Assembly: GCA_963977015.1 (NCBI GenBank)
Contig: CAXBMO010000001.1
Location: 320,001-384,000, forward strand
Direction of reading: 5' to 3'
Length of the DNA stretch: 64,000 nt
Source of the DNA: an uncultured bacterium
GTDB taxonomy: Bacteria; Verrucomicrobiota; Verrucomicrobiia; Verrucomicrobiales; DEV007
In this document: piece after piece, positions 39,557 through 50,089 of the stretch
How positions within the stretch are numbered: position 1 is the first letter of the stretch
Layout of the letters: each line of letters opens with the position of its first letter
The notes under the pieces: generated by a model
What the model was told of the DNA's origin: nothing
Seen by the model: the letters and a program-made list of their open reading frames with translations, nothing else
Database searches by the model: none
Position numbers and translations under genes: made by a program

Positions 39557-40528
39557 ATGTCCCGACCAACCCCTTTTTTCCTTTCTGTCATTCTTGCGTC
39601 TTCCTCTCTGGCTTTTGCGGCTGAGGAGGAGGGACTCGCCGAGTTGGAAAGCAGTTTCAAGGCCCCCGTTCCGGAGGCGGAAGGCAAAGCCGGGAACTTC
39701 CAGGAGATCTTTTCGAAAATCCAGAAAGAGGCAGCGCGAAAAGGCCCGGATTTGGATCGGACCCGCGGTCAGATCGTTTTTAAAGCAGAAGAGGGAACAT
39801 ACCTCAAAAATGAACATTTCGGTCGCTGGAACTGGCCGGAATTTACCCCGGATCGTTGGGGAAAATACGATGTGGAAGTCACTTACGTCTCCATCTCTCC
39901 GAAGATGGGTTTTCAGTTTTACGTAGGGGACGCGAAATCAAAAGGCTATGCTCCGCAGTCGGGTGGGATGGAGATCGAGCATACCACCATGCTTTCTCCC
40001 ATCTACATCCCCAACACCAACAGCGTTCCCGTCGGGGTTCTTTCGGGGAATAACTCGAACGGTGCCAGTTTCCAGCTCCGCAAGGTCGTCCTCACGCCCG
40101 CACCTGAAGGCGATTCCGTGAGCCAGGGAATTGATGGCACCATTACCTTGGCGGCTTCCAATTCGACCACCTATTCGAAGAAAATGCGCTACGAGCCGAA
40201 GACGGAGAAGAATTGCCTCGGATTTTGGACGGATGAGAATGACTTTGCCGAGTGGTCGTTTGAGGTTCATGCCCCTGGTGAGTTTCAGGTCCAGGTTTTT
40301 CAGGGATGCGGTGATGGAAATGGGGGAAGCGAAGTGGGATTTTGGGTGAACGAGGAACAACGCAAATTCATGGTGAAAGAGACGGGTGGGTTCCAGAATT
40401 GGAAGCCGATCGATTTGGGAACGATCAAAGTGAGTGAAGGTTCCAACACGGTCACGATCAAGCCGCTCAACAAGACCAACAAGGCGGTGATGGACATCCA
40501 AAAGGTGGTCCTGACTCCCGTTGGCTAA
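39557..40528 (+). CDS. Secreted carbohydrate-binding (CBM6/CBM35-like, DUF5077-like) protein
   Basis: Signal peptide; two beta-sandwich-like repeats; LGFWTDENDFAEW, TGGFQNW. Confidence 0.6.
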   Translation: MSRPTPFFLSVILASSSLAFAAEEEGLAELESSFKAPVPEAEGKAGNFQEIFSKIQKEAARKGPDLDRTRGQIVFKAEEGTYLKNEHFGRWNWPEFTPDRWGKYDVEVTYVSISPKMGFQFYVGDAKSKGYAPQSGGMEIEHTTMLSPIYIPNTNSVPVGVLSGNNSNGASFQLRKVVLTPAPEGDSVSQGIDGTITLAASNSTTYSKKMRYEPKTEKNCLGFWTDENDFAEWSFEVHAPGEFQVQVFQGCGDGNGGSEVGFWVNEEQRKFMVKETGGFQNWKPIDLGTIKVSEGSNTVTIKPLNKTNKAVMDIQKVVLTPVG

Positions 40529-40545
40529 TTTCCAATTCCAACGTT

Positions 40546-42030
40546 CTACTGGCTCCGAAACGGCTTGATAAACAGGGCCGGGTCGCTCCGCTCGGCTGCG
40601 AAGGTTTCCCAGACCTTGATTTCGCTGTCCTTTGGGGCGGTCAACGTTTTGCCGTTTTGGGGGAGACCAATCAAATAGCAGTCAACCGGGGCTGAAGCGC
40701 CGATCGTCCCGCGAAGTTGATCGAGAAAGTCGCCCAGATCCCGGGGCGCCAACGACCACGCTTCCACCACCAACACGATCCTCAGATCGCTTTTGCGGAG
40801 CAATTTCTCAAGAGCCGCGATCGCTTTCGTGTCTTCATCCACTTCGGCTCCGCCGGCCGGAAAGGTATCGATCACGTTGACGCGAAGCTGTTGCAGCGCG
40901 GCGACCCGAAGTTCCGGTTCGGCTGGTTTCACACCGCCCCAAAGCAGCGCCACCGCATTGTCGGCGGGCCCCTTCGTGGTGACCTCGATAGGGATGTCGG
41001 TGAGGTTTCGCCACCATTCCCGATGAATCCGCTCGGAAAACGCCAGCCCACGCAATTCAGATCGCCGCCGGAGGTCAAACCCAGTGTAGAGCAGCAATCT
41101 GGGCAAGAGCCCCCAAAACGCGATTGAGCAAACCAGAAACGGGAACCATGCCCGAGCCGATTCTTCCGCTGTAAGGATCGCCGATTCAATCGGGTCGAGA
41201 GGACTCCCCTGCCACCGAATTCGAGACTGGGCGATTTCTTCCTGATCGGGAACCCATTCCGGTTTGAACCAACTCCACGGAACTCCGAGAACCTCCGTCG
41301 CTCTCGACAATGCCGGGTTCATCGTGTTTTCCGCCGTCGTTTCCCAGCCGAACCTCACCGAAACAAAAAGGACACTACCGACCAAGGCCGCGATCGCGCC
41401 CACGTTAAACGCGATCCCCGCCGCCTGGGTCAAAAGCATGGTTGGCATGGTGAATAAACGCCGGGTTTTTGCATTTTCTCGCCACCAGACCGCCGCTTCC
41501 TTGCTCATGGTTCGCTCGGCAGTGTGGTTGACGATGCTTTGAAATCCCCGATGAGCGAACGATACAAAGGCGTGGTTTCGCCAGATCAGCCAGGCCAACA
41601 ATCCGAGCAGGCCAAGGGTGAGAAAGAGCCATTGGATTCCGACCGTAAGTCCAAAGAGCAACAGCACATTGTAGGTCCGGGAATCTTCGTAGCCGAGCGT
41701 TCCGAGAACCGTGCCGGCTCCCAAAAACGCCATGAACAAGACGATCGCGGTTCCAACCGTCCAGAACGCTCCGGAAATCGCTGCGCCAGGCAGTTTGGAG
41801 GTTTCCAAGCCTGATTTCCTGGTTTGCAGCCACCGCCAGAGTGCTTTCTGCAGGGTTCTGGCGTCAGGGCGATCAATCTTTCCCGGGTCGATCCAGGGCT
41901 CGATTTCATCAGCAAAAAAGCCGTCGTTGCTTGCGTCTCCGGTCTCTTCGTCACGGCGCAACAAATACTCGAGATCGATCAATTCACTGACCGACCATTT
42001 GGGCTTGGGTGATTTCGAATCAGAAGGCAA
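40546..42030 (-). CDS. DUF2868 family membrane protein
   Basis: YNV, FGWETT, PWSW...VP, WFPFLVCSIAFWGLLPRLL, EAW. Confidence 0.8.
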   Translation of the reverse strand: MPSDSKSPKPKWSVSELIDLEYLLRRDEETGDASNDGFFADEIEPWIDPGKIDRPDARTLQKALWRWLQTRKSGLETSKLPGAAISGAFWTVGTAIVLFMAFLGAGTVLGTLGYEDSRTYNVLLLFGLTVGIQWLFLTLGLLGLLAWLIWRNHAFVSFAHRGFQSIVNHTAERTMSKEAAVWWRENAKTRRLFTMPTMLLTQAAGIAFNVGAIAALVGSVLFVSVRFGWETTAENTMNPALSRATEVLGVPWSWFKPEWVPDQEEIAQSRIRWQGSPLDPIESAILTAEESARAWFPFLVCSIAFWGLLPRLLLYTGFDLRRRSELRGLAFSERIHREWWRNLTDIPIEVTTKGPADNAVALLWGGVKPAEPELRVAALQQLRVNVIDTFPAGGAEVDEDTKAIAALEKLLRKSDLRIVLVVEAWSLAPRDLGDFLDQLRGTIGASAPVDCYLIGLPQNGKTLTAPKDSEIKVWETFAAERSDPALFIKPFRSQ

Positions 42031-42146
42031 AGCGAGGTGCTACGGTTTAGCATGTTTGACGGAAATGGCGAACAATCGTCGGCATCGAGTGATTTCCGCA
42101 TTTTCCCGAGGTTTGACGCTCGAGTCCTTCTTGCTAAGCTCAGGCC

Positions 42147-43067
42147 ATGCCCCTGAAGTTGCTTCGTCCGGTCGTGTTTGCCAGTTTGGCTTTGATTCTT
42201 GGTCTGAATGTCAGTTTGGCTCAGGAAAAAAAGAAGAAAGTGCCTGCGCCGTTCAGTTGGGTGAATCCACTCCCTGAAAGTCGCGCCAAATGGCTCCCTG
42301 CCGGAGTTCGGCACGCGGCCTTCAAAAGTCCCTCGATGGGGATTGAGGTGGGATATTTCATCTACCTGCCACCATCCTACGAAGCGGAACCGGAGACGCG
42401 ATTTCCGGTTGTCTATCACCTCCATGGAGGACGGCCGGGTTCCGAGATGAAAAGCGTCAAGTTGGCGGGTTTCGTTCATGACGCGGTTCAGAAGGAGGAA
42501 ATCCAGCCGACAATATATGTGTTTCCGAATGGCGGGCCAATGAGCTGGTACAATTATCCGAAAACGGAAAATGGCCTTGGTGAGGATGTCTTCGTCAAGG
42601 AACTGATTCCCCATATTGATCAAACTTATCGAACCCGGGGAAATCGCGAAGGACGTGCCTTGCAGGGATATTCTCAGGGCGGTCGTGGAACGACGCGCAT
42701 CATGTTCAAGTATCCGGAACTGTGGAGTTCCGTCGCGCCTGGCGGATCTGGATACGAGCCGGAAAAACGAATTCAGGAGAACGAGGGAAGAGAGAGCGAA
42801 TCGATTCGGTTTCTCCCCATTGGCTACAACGCCTGGGATCTGGCCAAGGTCTATGCCGATAAGGAGAACAAGGTTCCCCTGAAAATTCTCTTCTGGGTCG
42901 GCACCAAAGGCTTCAATTACGAGTTCAATCTCAAATACATGAGCTATATGGATGAGCTGGGGATTCCCTACGAAAAGCTCATTGTTCCTGGAGTCGCCCA
43001 CACCGCAAATGGGATGTATGGGGCGCAGGGACTGGAACTGATGAAGTTTCACGATCGAAACTTCTAG
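42147..43067 (+). CDS. Secreted esterase (alpha/beta hydrolase, Fes/CE1-like)
   Basis: IYLPPSY, FPVVYHLHG, ELIPHID, nucleophile elbow GYSQGG, VPGVAH. Confidence 0.9.
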   Translation: MPLKLLRPVVFASLALILGLNVSLAQEKKKKVPAPFSWVNPLPESRAKWLPAGVRHAAFKSPSMGIEVGYFIYLPPSYEAEPETRFPVVYHLHGGRPGSEMKSVKLAGFVHDAVQKEEIQPTIYVFPNGGPMSWYNYPKTENGLGEDVFVKELIPHIDQTYRTRGNREGRALQGYSQGGRGTTRIMFKYPELWSSVAPGGSGYEPEKRIQENEGRESESIRFLPIGYNAWDLAKVYADKENKVPLKILFWVGTKGFNYEFNLKYMSYMDELGIPYEKLIVPGVAHTANGMYGAQGLELMKFHDRNF

Positions 43068-43280
43068 CGCAAGAGTTAGGGAGCGTTTGAAAATGATGAC
43101 GGACGCGCAAGTTGTTCCTCCTTTTTGAAGATTGGCTTCGCATGATCTTGATATGCGGCGCTTTTCCCGGCTGGAAATGCTGTTCGGGGCTTTGTGAGAA
43201 AGCTCATCGCCGCCCCGAGCCATCATTCCCAGTCGACAAAATCACTCGCAGCGCGTCTCGACCTCATTTTCAAACGTCCC

Positions 43281-43580
43281 CTAGGAATCCTCAGTTTCGC
43301 CTTCCCAAGGAATCAGCGAAACCCAGGTTGCTCCCCAACTTCCGCTGGTTTCGTCGCCCTGTTGGAAGCTGATGACCTCGGGTAGACGCTCAAGCAATCG
43401 ATGAACGCCTTCGCGAAGCGTTCCCGTTCCTTTTCCATGAATCACGCGGACGCGGAGCAATCCTCTCTGCCGACACTCTCGAAAGTATTCGGGAAGCAAA
43501 TCTCCAATTTCATTGGGGCGAAAGGTGTGGAGATCAATTTCGGACGTGATGGGAACTTCGACCGGCTCATCTTCGCTCAT
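43281..43580 (-). CDS. Smr/MutS2 C-terminal domain protein
   Basis: IDLH, VIHGKGTGTLR, WGAT. Confidence 0.92.
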   Translation of the reverse strand: MSEDEPVEVPITSEIDLHTFRPNEIGDLLPEYFRECRQRGLLRVRVIHGKGTGTLREGVHRLLERLPEVISFQQGDETSGSWGATWVSLIPWEGETEDS

Positions 43581-43598
43581 GGGCTCTCTCCAAGTGGA

Positions 43599-45890
43599 TT
43601 ACTTCTTGATTGCCGCGTCAAACCAATCGCCGCCAAAGGCGTTACCACCATTGTTGCGATTCTGGTTCTGCTTGGAGCGATCATTTCGACGAGGTTGCTT
43701 TCTTTCCTGTGACGAGCGTTGTTCGTTGGGTCTCTCGCTTTTCATCGTTAGCGAAATCCGCTTCCGGTCGAGATCGACTTCCAAAACCGTGACTTGCACT
43801 TTTTGATTCACCTTCACCACGTCGGCTGGGTCTTCGACAAACTTATCCGCCAATTGGCTGATGTGAACCAACCCATCCTGGTGCACGCCTATATCTACAA
43901 ATGCGCCAAATTTGGTGACGTTGGTGACGATTCCGGGAAGCCGCATTCCTTCGCGCAGGTCTTCAGGTTTCTCGACCCCCTCGGCAAAAGAAAACACCTC
44001 GAAGGCTTTCCTCGGATCGCGCCCGGGTTTGGCAAGCTCGCTGAAGATGTCGCGCAACGTGGGGAGACCCACGTCCTCGCCCACATATTTCTCAAGCTGG
44101 ATCTGTTTCCGCAGTTCTTCCGCTTTGAGCAGGTCCTCGATCTTGCAGCCCGCGTCTTTGGCCATGGTTTCGACCAATTTGTAGCGCTCCGGATGAACGG
44201 CGCTGGCGTCGAGGGGATTCTTGGCGTCCCGAATTCGGAGGAAACCCGCTGCCTGCTCAAAAGCTTTCTCGCCAAACCGAGGAACCTTCTTCAACTGGCT
44301 TCGTTTCTGGAACGGTCCGTTCTCGTTGCGATAGGCCACAATGTTGTCGGCAATCGCCGAACTGAGACCGGACACATAGGAAAGAAGTTCAGGACTTGCC
44401 GTATTGACCTCCACACCCACGGCGTTGACGCAGCTCATGACGCAGTCGTCCAGGCCTGATTTCAGGAGGTTTTGATCGACATCATGTTGATACTGACCAA
44501 CGCCAATCGATTTCGGATCCAGCTTCACCAACTCAGCGAGGGGATCCATCAGGCGACGGCCAATCGAGGCCGCTCCCCGAACCGTGACGTCGTGGTCCGG
44601 AAATTCGCGACGGGCCACTTCGCTTGCCGAGTAGATCGACGCGCCGCTTTCGTTGACCATGACGATCGCGAGCGAACTCGGAAGTCCCAGTTTCTTGACA
44701 AAGGATTCCGTTTCCCGGCTGGCCGTGCCGTTGCCTATTGCAATAGCTTCGATCTTATATTGTTGGATCAGGTTCTTCAGTTTTGCGGCCGATTCGGCAA
44801 GCTTCTCGGGAGATCCAATTATGTGGATGACGTCGTGGGTAAGCAGCTGTCCCTGCGCATCCAGACAAACCGTCTTGCAACCGGTTCTGAAGCCCGGGTC
44901 CAAAGCGAGGACCCGTTTTTGCCCGAGAGGGGAGGCGAGGAGCAACTCCCTCAAGTTGTCAGCAAAGACGCGAACGGCTTCTTCGTCGGCTTTCTTACGG
45001 CTAATGACCCGCATCTCTGTCTCCATCGAGGGGAAGAGGAGGCGCTTGCAACCATCTTCCGCGGCCAACGCAACTTGATGGCCACAAGAGTCGTTCGCGG
45101 TGACGAAATGGCGTTCGGCGGACCGGAATCCGCGTTCCTGTGGGATCTCGATCTGGACCCGCAAAAAGCCTTCCTTCTCTCCACGGCGAATCGCGAGCAA
45201 CCGATGGGAAGGGATGGACTCCAGCTTTTCACTCCAATCAAAGTAATCGCGGAATTTCGCGGCATCCGCTTCAGTCTCCTTTTTCTTGATGACCTTGGAT
45301 AGAATCGTTCCTTCCTTCTCAAAGATTCGACGGACTTCACTGCGCACGCTGGTTTCGTCACTGACTCGTTCTGCAATGATGTCCCGCGCTCCAGCCAGGG
45401 CCGCCTCAACGTCGGGCACTTCCAATTCAGCATTAATATAGTTGGCCGCTTCCGTCTTGGGTTTGCCGCCTGTGCCCTGCTGATTGAGCAGGAATTCGGC
45501 GAGCGGCTCCAAGCCTCGTTCTTTGGCGATGGTGGCTCGGGTCCGGCGTTTGGGGCGAAACGGCGCGTAGATGTCTTCCAACGCATGAAGGGTATCGGCC
45601 GCGTTCAGGCTTTTGCCCAACTCTTCGGTAAGGAGGTTGCGTTCCTTCAGGGATTTGAGAATCGACTCACGGCGAGACTCCAATTCGCCGAGTTGCAGGA
45701 GTCGGTCCCTGATCTGGGCGATCACCACTTCATCCAGGGAGCCTGTCGCTTCCTTGCGGTAACGAGCCAGAAACGGAACCGTCGCTCCTTCCGAGAGCAG
45801 TTTGATGGTGGTTTGAACCTGCCCGGGGCGGAGATTCAGCTCCTTTGCGATTTGTGCTGAGAAGTCGGTTTTGGGAAATGTTAGGGCCAT
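43599..45890 (-). CDS. tex: Tex family RNA-binding transcription accessory protein
   Basis: TVPFLARYRKE, DPGFRTGCK, GNGTASRE, IGVGQYQHD, S1 domain FGAFVDIGVHQDGLVHIS. Confidence 0.96.
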   Translation of the reverse strand: MALTFPKTDFSAQIAKELNLRPGQVQTTIKLLSEGATVPFLARYRKEATGSLDEVVIAQIRDRLLQLGELESRRESILKSLKERNLLTEELGKSLNAADTLHALEDIYAPFRPKRRTRATIAKERGLEPLAEFLLNQQGTGGKPKTEAANYINAELEVPDVEAALAGARDIIAERVSDETSVRSEVRRIFEKEGTILSKVIKKKETEADAAKFRDYFDWSEKLESIPSHRLLAIRRGEKEGFLRVQIEIPQERGFRSAERHFVTANDSCGHQVALAAEDGCKRLLFPSMETEMRVISRKKADEEAVRVFADNLRELLLASPLGQKRVLALDPGFRTGCKTVCLDAQGQLLTHDVIHIIGSPEKLAESAAKLKNLIQQYKIEAIAIGNGTASRETESFVKKLGLPSSLAIVMVNESGASIYSASEVARREFPDHDVTVRGAASIGRRLMDPLAELVKLDPKSIGVGQYQHDVDQNLLKSGLDDCVMSCVNAVGVEVNTASPELLSYVSGLSSAIADNIVAYRNENGPFQKRSQLKKVPRFGEKAFEQAAGFLRIRDAKNPLDASAVHPERYKLVETMAKDAGCKIEDLLKAEELRKQIQLEKYVGEDVGLPTLRDIFSELAKPGRDPRKAFEVFSFAEGVEKPEDLREGMRLPGIVTNVTKFGAFVDIGVHQDGLVHISQLADKFVEDPADVVKVNQKVQVTVLEVDLDRKRISLTMKSERPNEQRSSQERKQPRRNDRSKQNQNRNNGGNAFGGDWFDAAIKK

Positions 45891-45952
45891 GGTCGATCTG
45901 TTACGCAGACTGTGACGAATCGCAAACGGGGAATGCTGGTTGGGGTTTCGCT

Positions 45953-47806
45953 TCAGGGAACGGTGTTGGAGGTTCCCAGCAAGTCATTCACGGCTTTGTT
46001 CGCGACTCGGATGATGTATTTGTTGGGTTGATCCTTGAGCGCAGCCTGCAATTCCGGAAGTGCCGGTTTCGCTGCTTCGTCGAGTTCGTCCAGGGCGATC
46101 GCGGCTTGAAGTCGAGCCCATTCCTGATCGCCGCTCAATTCCCCGGCCAACGCCGGAACGCCGAGTTCCTCAAGTCCCATCCGGCTCAATGCGCGTGCCG
46201 CCGCGATTCTCACACTCGGTGCGGAGTCCTGCAATGCGTGCTTCAGTTGTTGAATCAAGGCCGGTGTCGGTTCAGGCGGAGTGTTGCCGATTCCGGTGGC
46301 GGCCCAGTATCGAATCGCAGCGTCCTCATGATTCAATGCCTCCTGAAATTTGGACGGTTCGGTATCCTTGCTCGCCGCAAGAGTGGCGATCTCCGTGAGT
46401 TCAGCGAGAAATCCGATTCCTCCATCGCGATGCAGAATCTCGTAGCGCGATCCCGCCGCTTTCTCGCGAATCGCGATCTCACTTTCGGGAAGCAATCCGA
46501 GGTCTCCGGTTTCGTTCTGCCATTGCCGCAACGCGGAACGCATCTCCGCAATCTGCTTCTCGTATTGCGGATCGTTGGCAAGGTTGTGGATTTCGTGAGG
46601 ATCTGCCTCGAGGTCGTAGAATTCTTCGGCGGGTTTCGTTTCGGCCGAAAAGAGTTTCCCTGCCTCTGTGAGACCATTGTTTTGTTCCATCTTCCGGATC
46701 TCCCGCATGGTTGCCCCTTTCTCCGGAGTATTCATATATTGATAATACGGCTTCAACGATTCGAAGTTGCGAATATAGCGAAACCGTGGTCCTCGAACCG
46801 CGCGAATGATGTCATAACGTTCGTCCATCCGATCCCGAGCCCCGAAGACGTAGTTTGGTTTCTCCGTGAGGTTTTCACCGAGAAATGCTCGTCCCTGCAT
46901 GTGTTCTGGAATCGAGATCCCGGCCAAGTTCATCACGGTCGGGCCAAAATCGACGGAGCTGACGAGCTGTGCGTCAACGCCGGGGGACTGGTTCGGAATG
47001 CGAACGATCAGTGGAATTCGCGTCCCGGAATCATAAAGCCATCGTTTGGCGCGGGGCATGCCGATTCCGTGATCGGACCAGAAGAAAACGATCGTATTCT
47101 CCAGCAACCCAGCCTCTTTCAACGTCTTTAGGTGATCGCCAGCCCAGGCGTCCATTGCGGTGATGAGTTCATAATTCCGTTTCCAATCTTCACGAACCGT
47201 AGGGGTGTCTGGATAGTAGGGAGGAAGAGTGGTCAAGGCTGCGGGATCCTGGCGTTGGTCCGGCAAAAGATCCTTGGTTACGCTTTGATACTTGGATTTG
47301 CTGGCAATGCCGCTTTCGTGGCATCCCGTAAAGTTGAATACGGCAAAGAAAGGCTGGTCTTCGTTGCGATTCTTCCAATGAGCTTTGGAGCCATTGCTAT
47401 CCCAAATTTCGTTGGTTCCGGGTTTGCCAAACTGATAGTCGGTTTTGCTATTGTTGGTGCAGTAGTAGCCGGCTTCGCGAAGATAGATGGGAAACGGTTT
47501 TACAAAATCCGGAAGGGTGGCGTTGCACCGCATGTGATGGGTGCCGATCGCTGTCTGATACATTCCGGTGATGATCGTCGAACGGCACGGGGCGCAGACT
47601 CCCGCTGCGGTAAAAGCATGGGTAAACCGTGTGCCTTCCGCCGCCAGCGCATCAAGATTTGGCGTGATGGCGTGAGGATCGCCGTAACATCCCAGATGGG
47701 GACTGATGTCTTCGGCTGAAAGCCACAAAATATTGGGGCGATCGGCGCCTTGCACCACAAGGGAAAAAAGAATCGAGAAAGCGAGGGCAACGAGCGGGGT
47801 TTGCAT
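45953..47806 (-). CDS. Sulfatase with C-terminal HEAT repeats
   Basis: PNILW, CAPCRSTIITG, SDHG, RDRMDE; HEAT-like IRYWAA, VRIAAARAL. Confidence 0.92.
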   Translation of the reverse strand: MQTPLVALAFSILFSLVVQGADRPNILWLSAEDISPHLGCYGDPHAITPNLDALAAEGTRFTHAFTAAGVCAPCRSTIITGMYQTAIGTHHMRCNATLPDFVKPFPIYLREAGYYCTNNSKTDYQFGKPGTNEIWDSNGSKAHWKNRNEDQPFFAVFNFTGCHESGIASKSKYQSVTKDLLPDQRQDPAALTTLPPYYPDTPTVREDWKRNYELITAMDAWAGDHLKTLKEAGLLENTIVFFWSDHGIGMPRAKRWLYDSGTRIPLIVRIPNQSPGVDAQLVSSVDFGPTVMNLAGISIPEHMQGRAFLGENLTEKPNYVFGARDRMDERYDIIRAVRGPRFRYIRNFESLKPYYQYMNTPEKGATMREIRKMEQNNGLTEAGKLFSAETKPAEEFYDLEADPHEIHNLANDPQYEKQIAEMRSALRQWQNETGDLGLLPESEIAIREKAAGSRYEILHRDGGIGFLAELTEIATLAASKDTEPSKFQEALNHEDAAIRYWAATGIGNTPPEPTPALIQQLKHALQDSAPSVRIAAARALSRMGLEELGVPALAGELSGDQEWARLQAAIALDELDEAAKPALPELQAALKDQPNKYIIRVANKAVNDLLGTSNTVP

Positions 47807-47869
47807 GAACTCACCTGACATTGCGCTGAGGAGATTGCAAATCCCGGAATCCTGCTCTAACTCTCAACG

Positions 47870-48805
47870 ATGAACCCCATCTCTCGACTTTCCCGCCGCG
47901 AACTCCTTGGAACTTCCGCTCTTGCTGCCGGCGGAATACTGGGAGCCTCAGCCCAATTGTCCCAGGCTGCGCAGGAAACCCCTGCGTTCAAATACTGTCT
48001 CAACATGTCGACCATCCGCGGCCATGAACTCGACGCTGCGCAGGAGATTGAGGTTGCGGGCAAGGCCGGATACGACGCCATCGAACCCTGGTTTCGCAAA
48101 ATCAATGCCTACGTCGAAGCTGGCGGAACGCTGGCCGACCTGAAGAAACGCCTCGACGATCACGGTCTCACCGTCGAAAGCGCGATTGGTTTTGCTTCCT
48201 GGATTGTTGATGATGAGGAAAAGCGCGCTGCCGGTTTCGAAGAAGCCAAGCGTGATATGGACACCATTGCCCAGCTTGGAGGGAAACGGATCGCGGCGCC
48301 GCCGGCTGGAACACGGGAAGCCGTCGATCTCGATAAGGCCGCCGAACGCTACTTCCAGCTTCTGGAGCTGGGTAAGCAGATGGGAGTGGTTCCCCAGGTG
48401 GAGATGTGGGGGGGGCATCCTGCGATTGGAACGGTCGAGAAAGCGATTTATGTCGCCCTGCGGTCCGGTCACCCCAATGCCTGTTTCCTCGGCGACGTTT
48501 ATCATACCTACAAAGGCGGTTGTAGCTTTGAATCCTTCAAGCTCCTTGGGCCCAATGCGCTCCAAGCCTTCCACATGAACGACTATCCAGCTGATCCGCC
48601 ATGGGAAACCATCAAGGACGCGGATCGGGTTTATCCCGGCGACGGCATTGCTCCGGTGGTTGACCTGTTGCGGACATTTGTCAACATAGGCGCCAGCCCG
48701 GCCCTTTCACTGGAACTGTTCAACAAGAGCTACTGGGCAAAACCGGTTGATGAGGTCGCCAAGACCGGCCTAGAAAAAATGCGGGCCTGTGTCGCCGCAA
48801 TCTGA
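47870..48805 (+). CDS. Tat-exported sugar phosphate isomerase/epimerase (AP endonuclease 2 TIM barrel)
   Basis: SRRELL Tat motif; AGYDAIEPW, DVYH, HMND, PGDG, SLELF. Confidence 0.88.
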   Translation: MNPISRLSRRELLGTSALAAGGILGASAQLSQAAQETPAFKYCLNMSTIRGHELDAAQEIEVAGKAGYDAIEPWFRKINAYVEAGGTLADLKKRLDDHGLTVESAIGFASWIVDDEEKRAAGFEEAKRDMDTIAQLGGKRIAAPPAGTREAVDLDKAAERYFQLLELGKQMGVVPQVEMWGGHPAIGTVEKAIYVALRSGHPNACFLGDVYHTYKGGCSFESFKLLGPNALQAFHMNDYPADPPWETIKDADRVYPGDGIAPVVDLLRTFVNIGASPALSLELFNKSYWAKPVDEVAKTGLEKMRACVAAI

Positions 48806-48830
48806 ACCGTTCGTAATCCATTGCGTAGTC

Positions 48831-49529
48831 ATGATCATTGAAGAAGAAGAGGCTCCCGAAGCCGAAATCACGTTCACCGAATCCCGGGTTCTGGGCTGTC
48901 TCCTTGAGAAGGAAAAGACGACTCCGGATCACTATCCCATGACGCTGAATGGCCTGCAAAGTGCCTGCAATCAGAAGTCGAGCCGCGAGCCCGTCACGGA
49001 ATTTGATGAGTGCGTCATCGAAAACGCCCTTATGACGCTGCGGGACAAGCATCTCGCCGCCATGGTGCGCCTCTCCGGCTCACGCGTCCCCAAATACAAG
49101 CATACCTTCGAAAATAACTACAACCTGGACGAAGGGCAAATTGCCCTGCTCTGCGTCTTGATGCTTCGAGGGATCCAAACCGCCGGCGAGCTGAATCAAC
49201 GCACCGAGCGCATCCACAACTTCAGCTCCGTCGCCGCCGTCGAGCATACGCTCGAAACCCTGATCGACTATCCGCCCGGAGCGCTTGTGCGGAAACTTCC
49301 GCCCGGTCATGGCCGTCGCGTCACCACTTACGCGCATTTGCTGTGCGGTGAGCCGGAGAATCAACCGATCGCGGTTTCTGCCGGTGGCGGGTCCGTCTCT
49401 ACCGAACAAATCGTCTTGGAAGAAGAAGCCTCCTGGCGCAAAAAGCTGGAAGACGAAGTCGCGGCTCTGCGGACCGAAGTCGCCGAACTCCGCGAAACGC
49501 TGGAGCAGTTCCGGCAACAGTTCGAGTAA
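48831..49529 (+). CDS. YceH/DUF480 family protein
   Basis: RVLGCLLEKEKTTPDHYPMTLN, ACNQKSSREPV, LRGIQTAGEL, YAHLL. Confidence 0.93.
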   Translation: MIIEEEEAPEAEITFTESRVLGCLLEKEKTTPDHYPMTLNGLQSACNQKSSREPVTEFDECVIENALMTLRDKHLAAMVRLSGSRVPKYKHTFENNYNLDEGQIALLCVLMLRGIQTAGELNQRTERIHNFSSVAAVEHTLETLIDYPPGALVRKLPPGHGRRVTTYAHLLCGEPENQPIAVSAGGGSVSTEQIVLEEEASWRKKLEDEVAALRTEVAELRETLEQFRQQFE

Positions 49530-49882
49530 ACGCGAGTCGTGCGACGGATTCCAGCCGCGTTCGAAACTCAGAAGTTTCAATGCCCCTTGGTCGCCTCGTC
49601 TCCCGAGCCCTTCGCGGTAGGGCCGAGTAACTCAGCTCGTAGGACCGTGGCGTCTGCTTCGTAATGCGGTCAACCGGCCCCTTCTACGGGCCGCGAAGTT
49701 GAGCTAACCAAAATCCGCCAAAGTTTCTCTGGAGCGGCGAAATCGCAATCAACGACCAGTGGAGCGTTGGTGCTTCTACGGATTTTGCATGTTTTTGTGA
49801 TATCGCCGAAGAGAGTGCTTGCGTCAGGCTGGGGGGTTCTTACAATTGTGACGATTTTGTTACAATAATAACGTCTAAGCAG

Positions 49883-50089
49883 ATGATGAAGACGGGACGT
49901 CCCTGCCTCATTTACTTCGGTGCCGGAGATGGTCCCGGTTTTCTCCCGCGTCTGCCGGAAGGGGGCGAAGACGCGTTGCGACGCCGAATCGACGTTGTTC
50001 ATCCCCTGCGATCTGACGCAAAAGATCGCGTGGTGCAGGATCCAAACATGCCACTGGGCGCCATCACAGAAGTGCTCAATCAACTATGA
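49883..50089 (+). CDS. Short ORF translationally coupled to the P-loop gene (possible remnant)
   Basis: ATGA overlap at 50086-50089; no recognisable family. Confidence 0.4.
   Translation: MMKTGRPCLIYFGAGDGPGFLPRLPEGGEDALRRRIDVVHPLRSDAKDRVVQDPNMPLGAITEVLNQL

Noticed and set aside
41979-43226. 415-aa minus-strand ORF
   Set aside because: Shadow of the esterase gene.
49620-49682. tRNA-like start GGGCCGAGTAACTCAGCTCGTAG with a closing CGGCCC
   Set aside because: No T-loop GTTCRA, no proper anticodon arm and too short; cannot be called a tRNA without tRNAscan-SE or Infernal.
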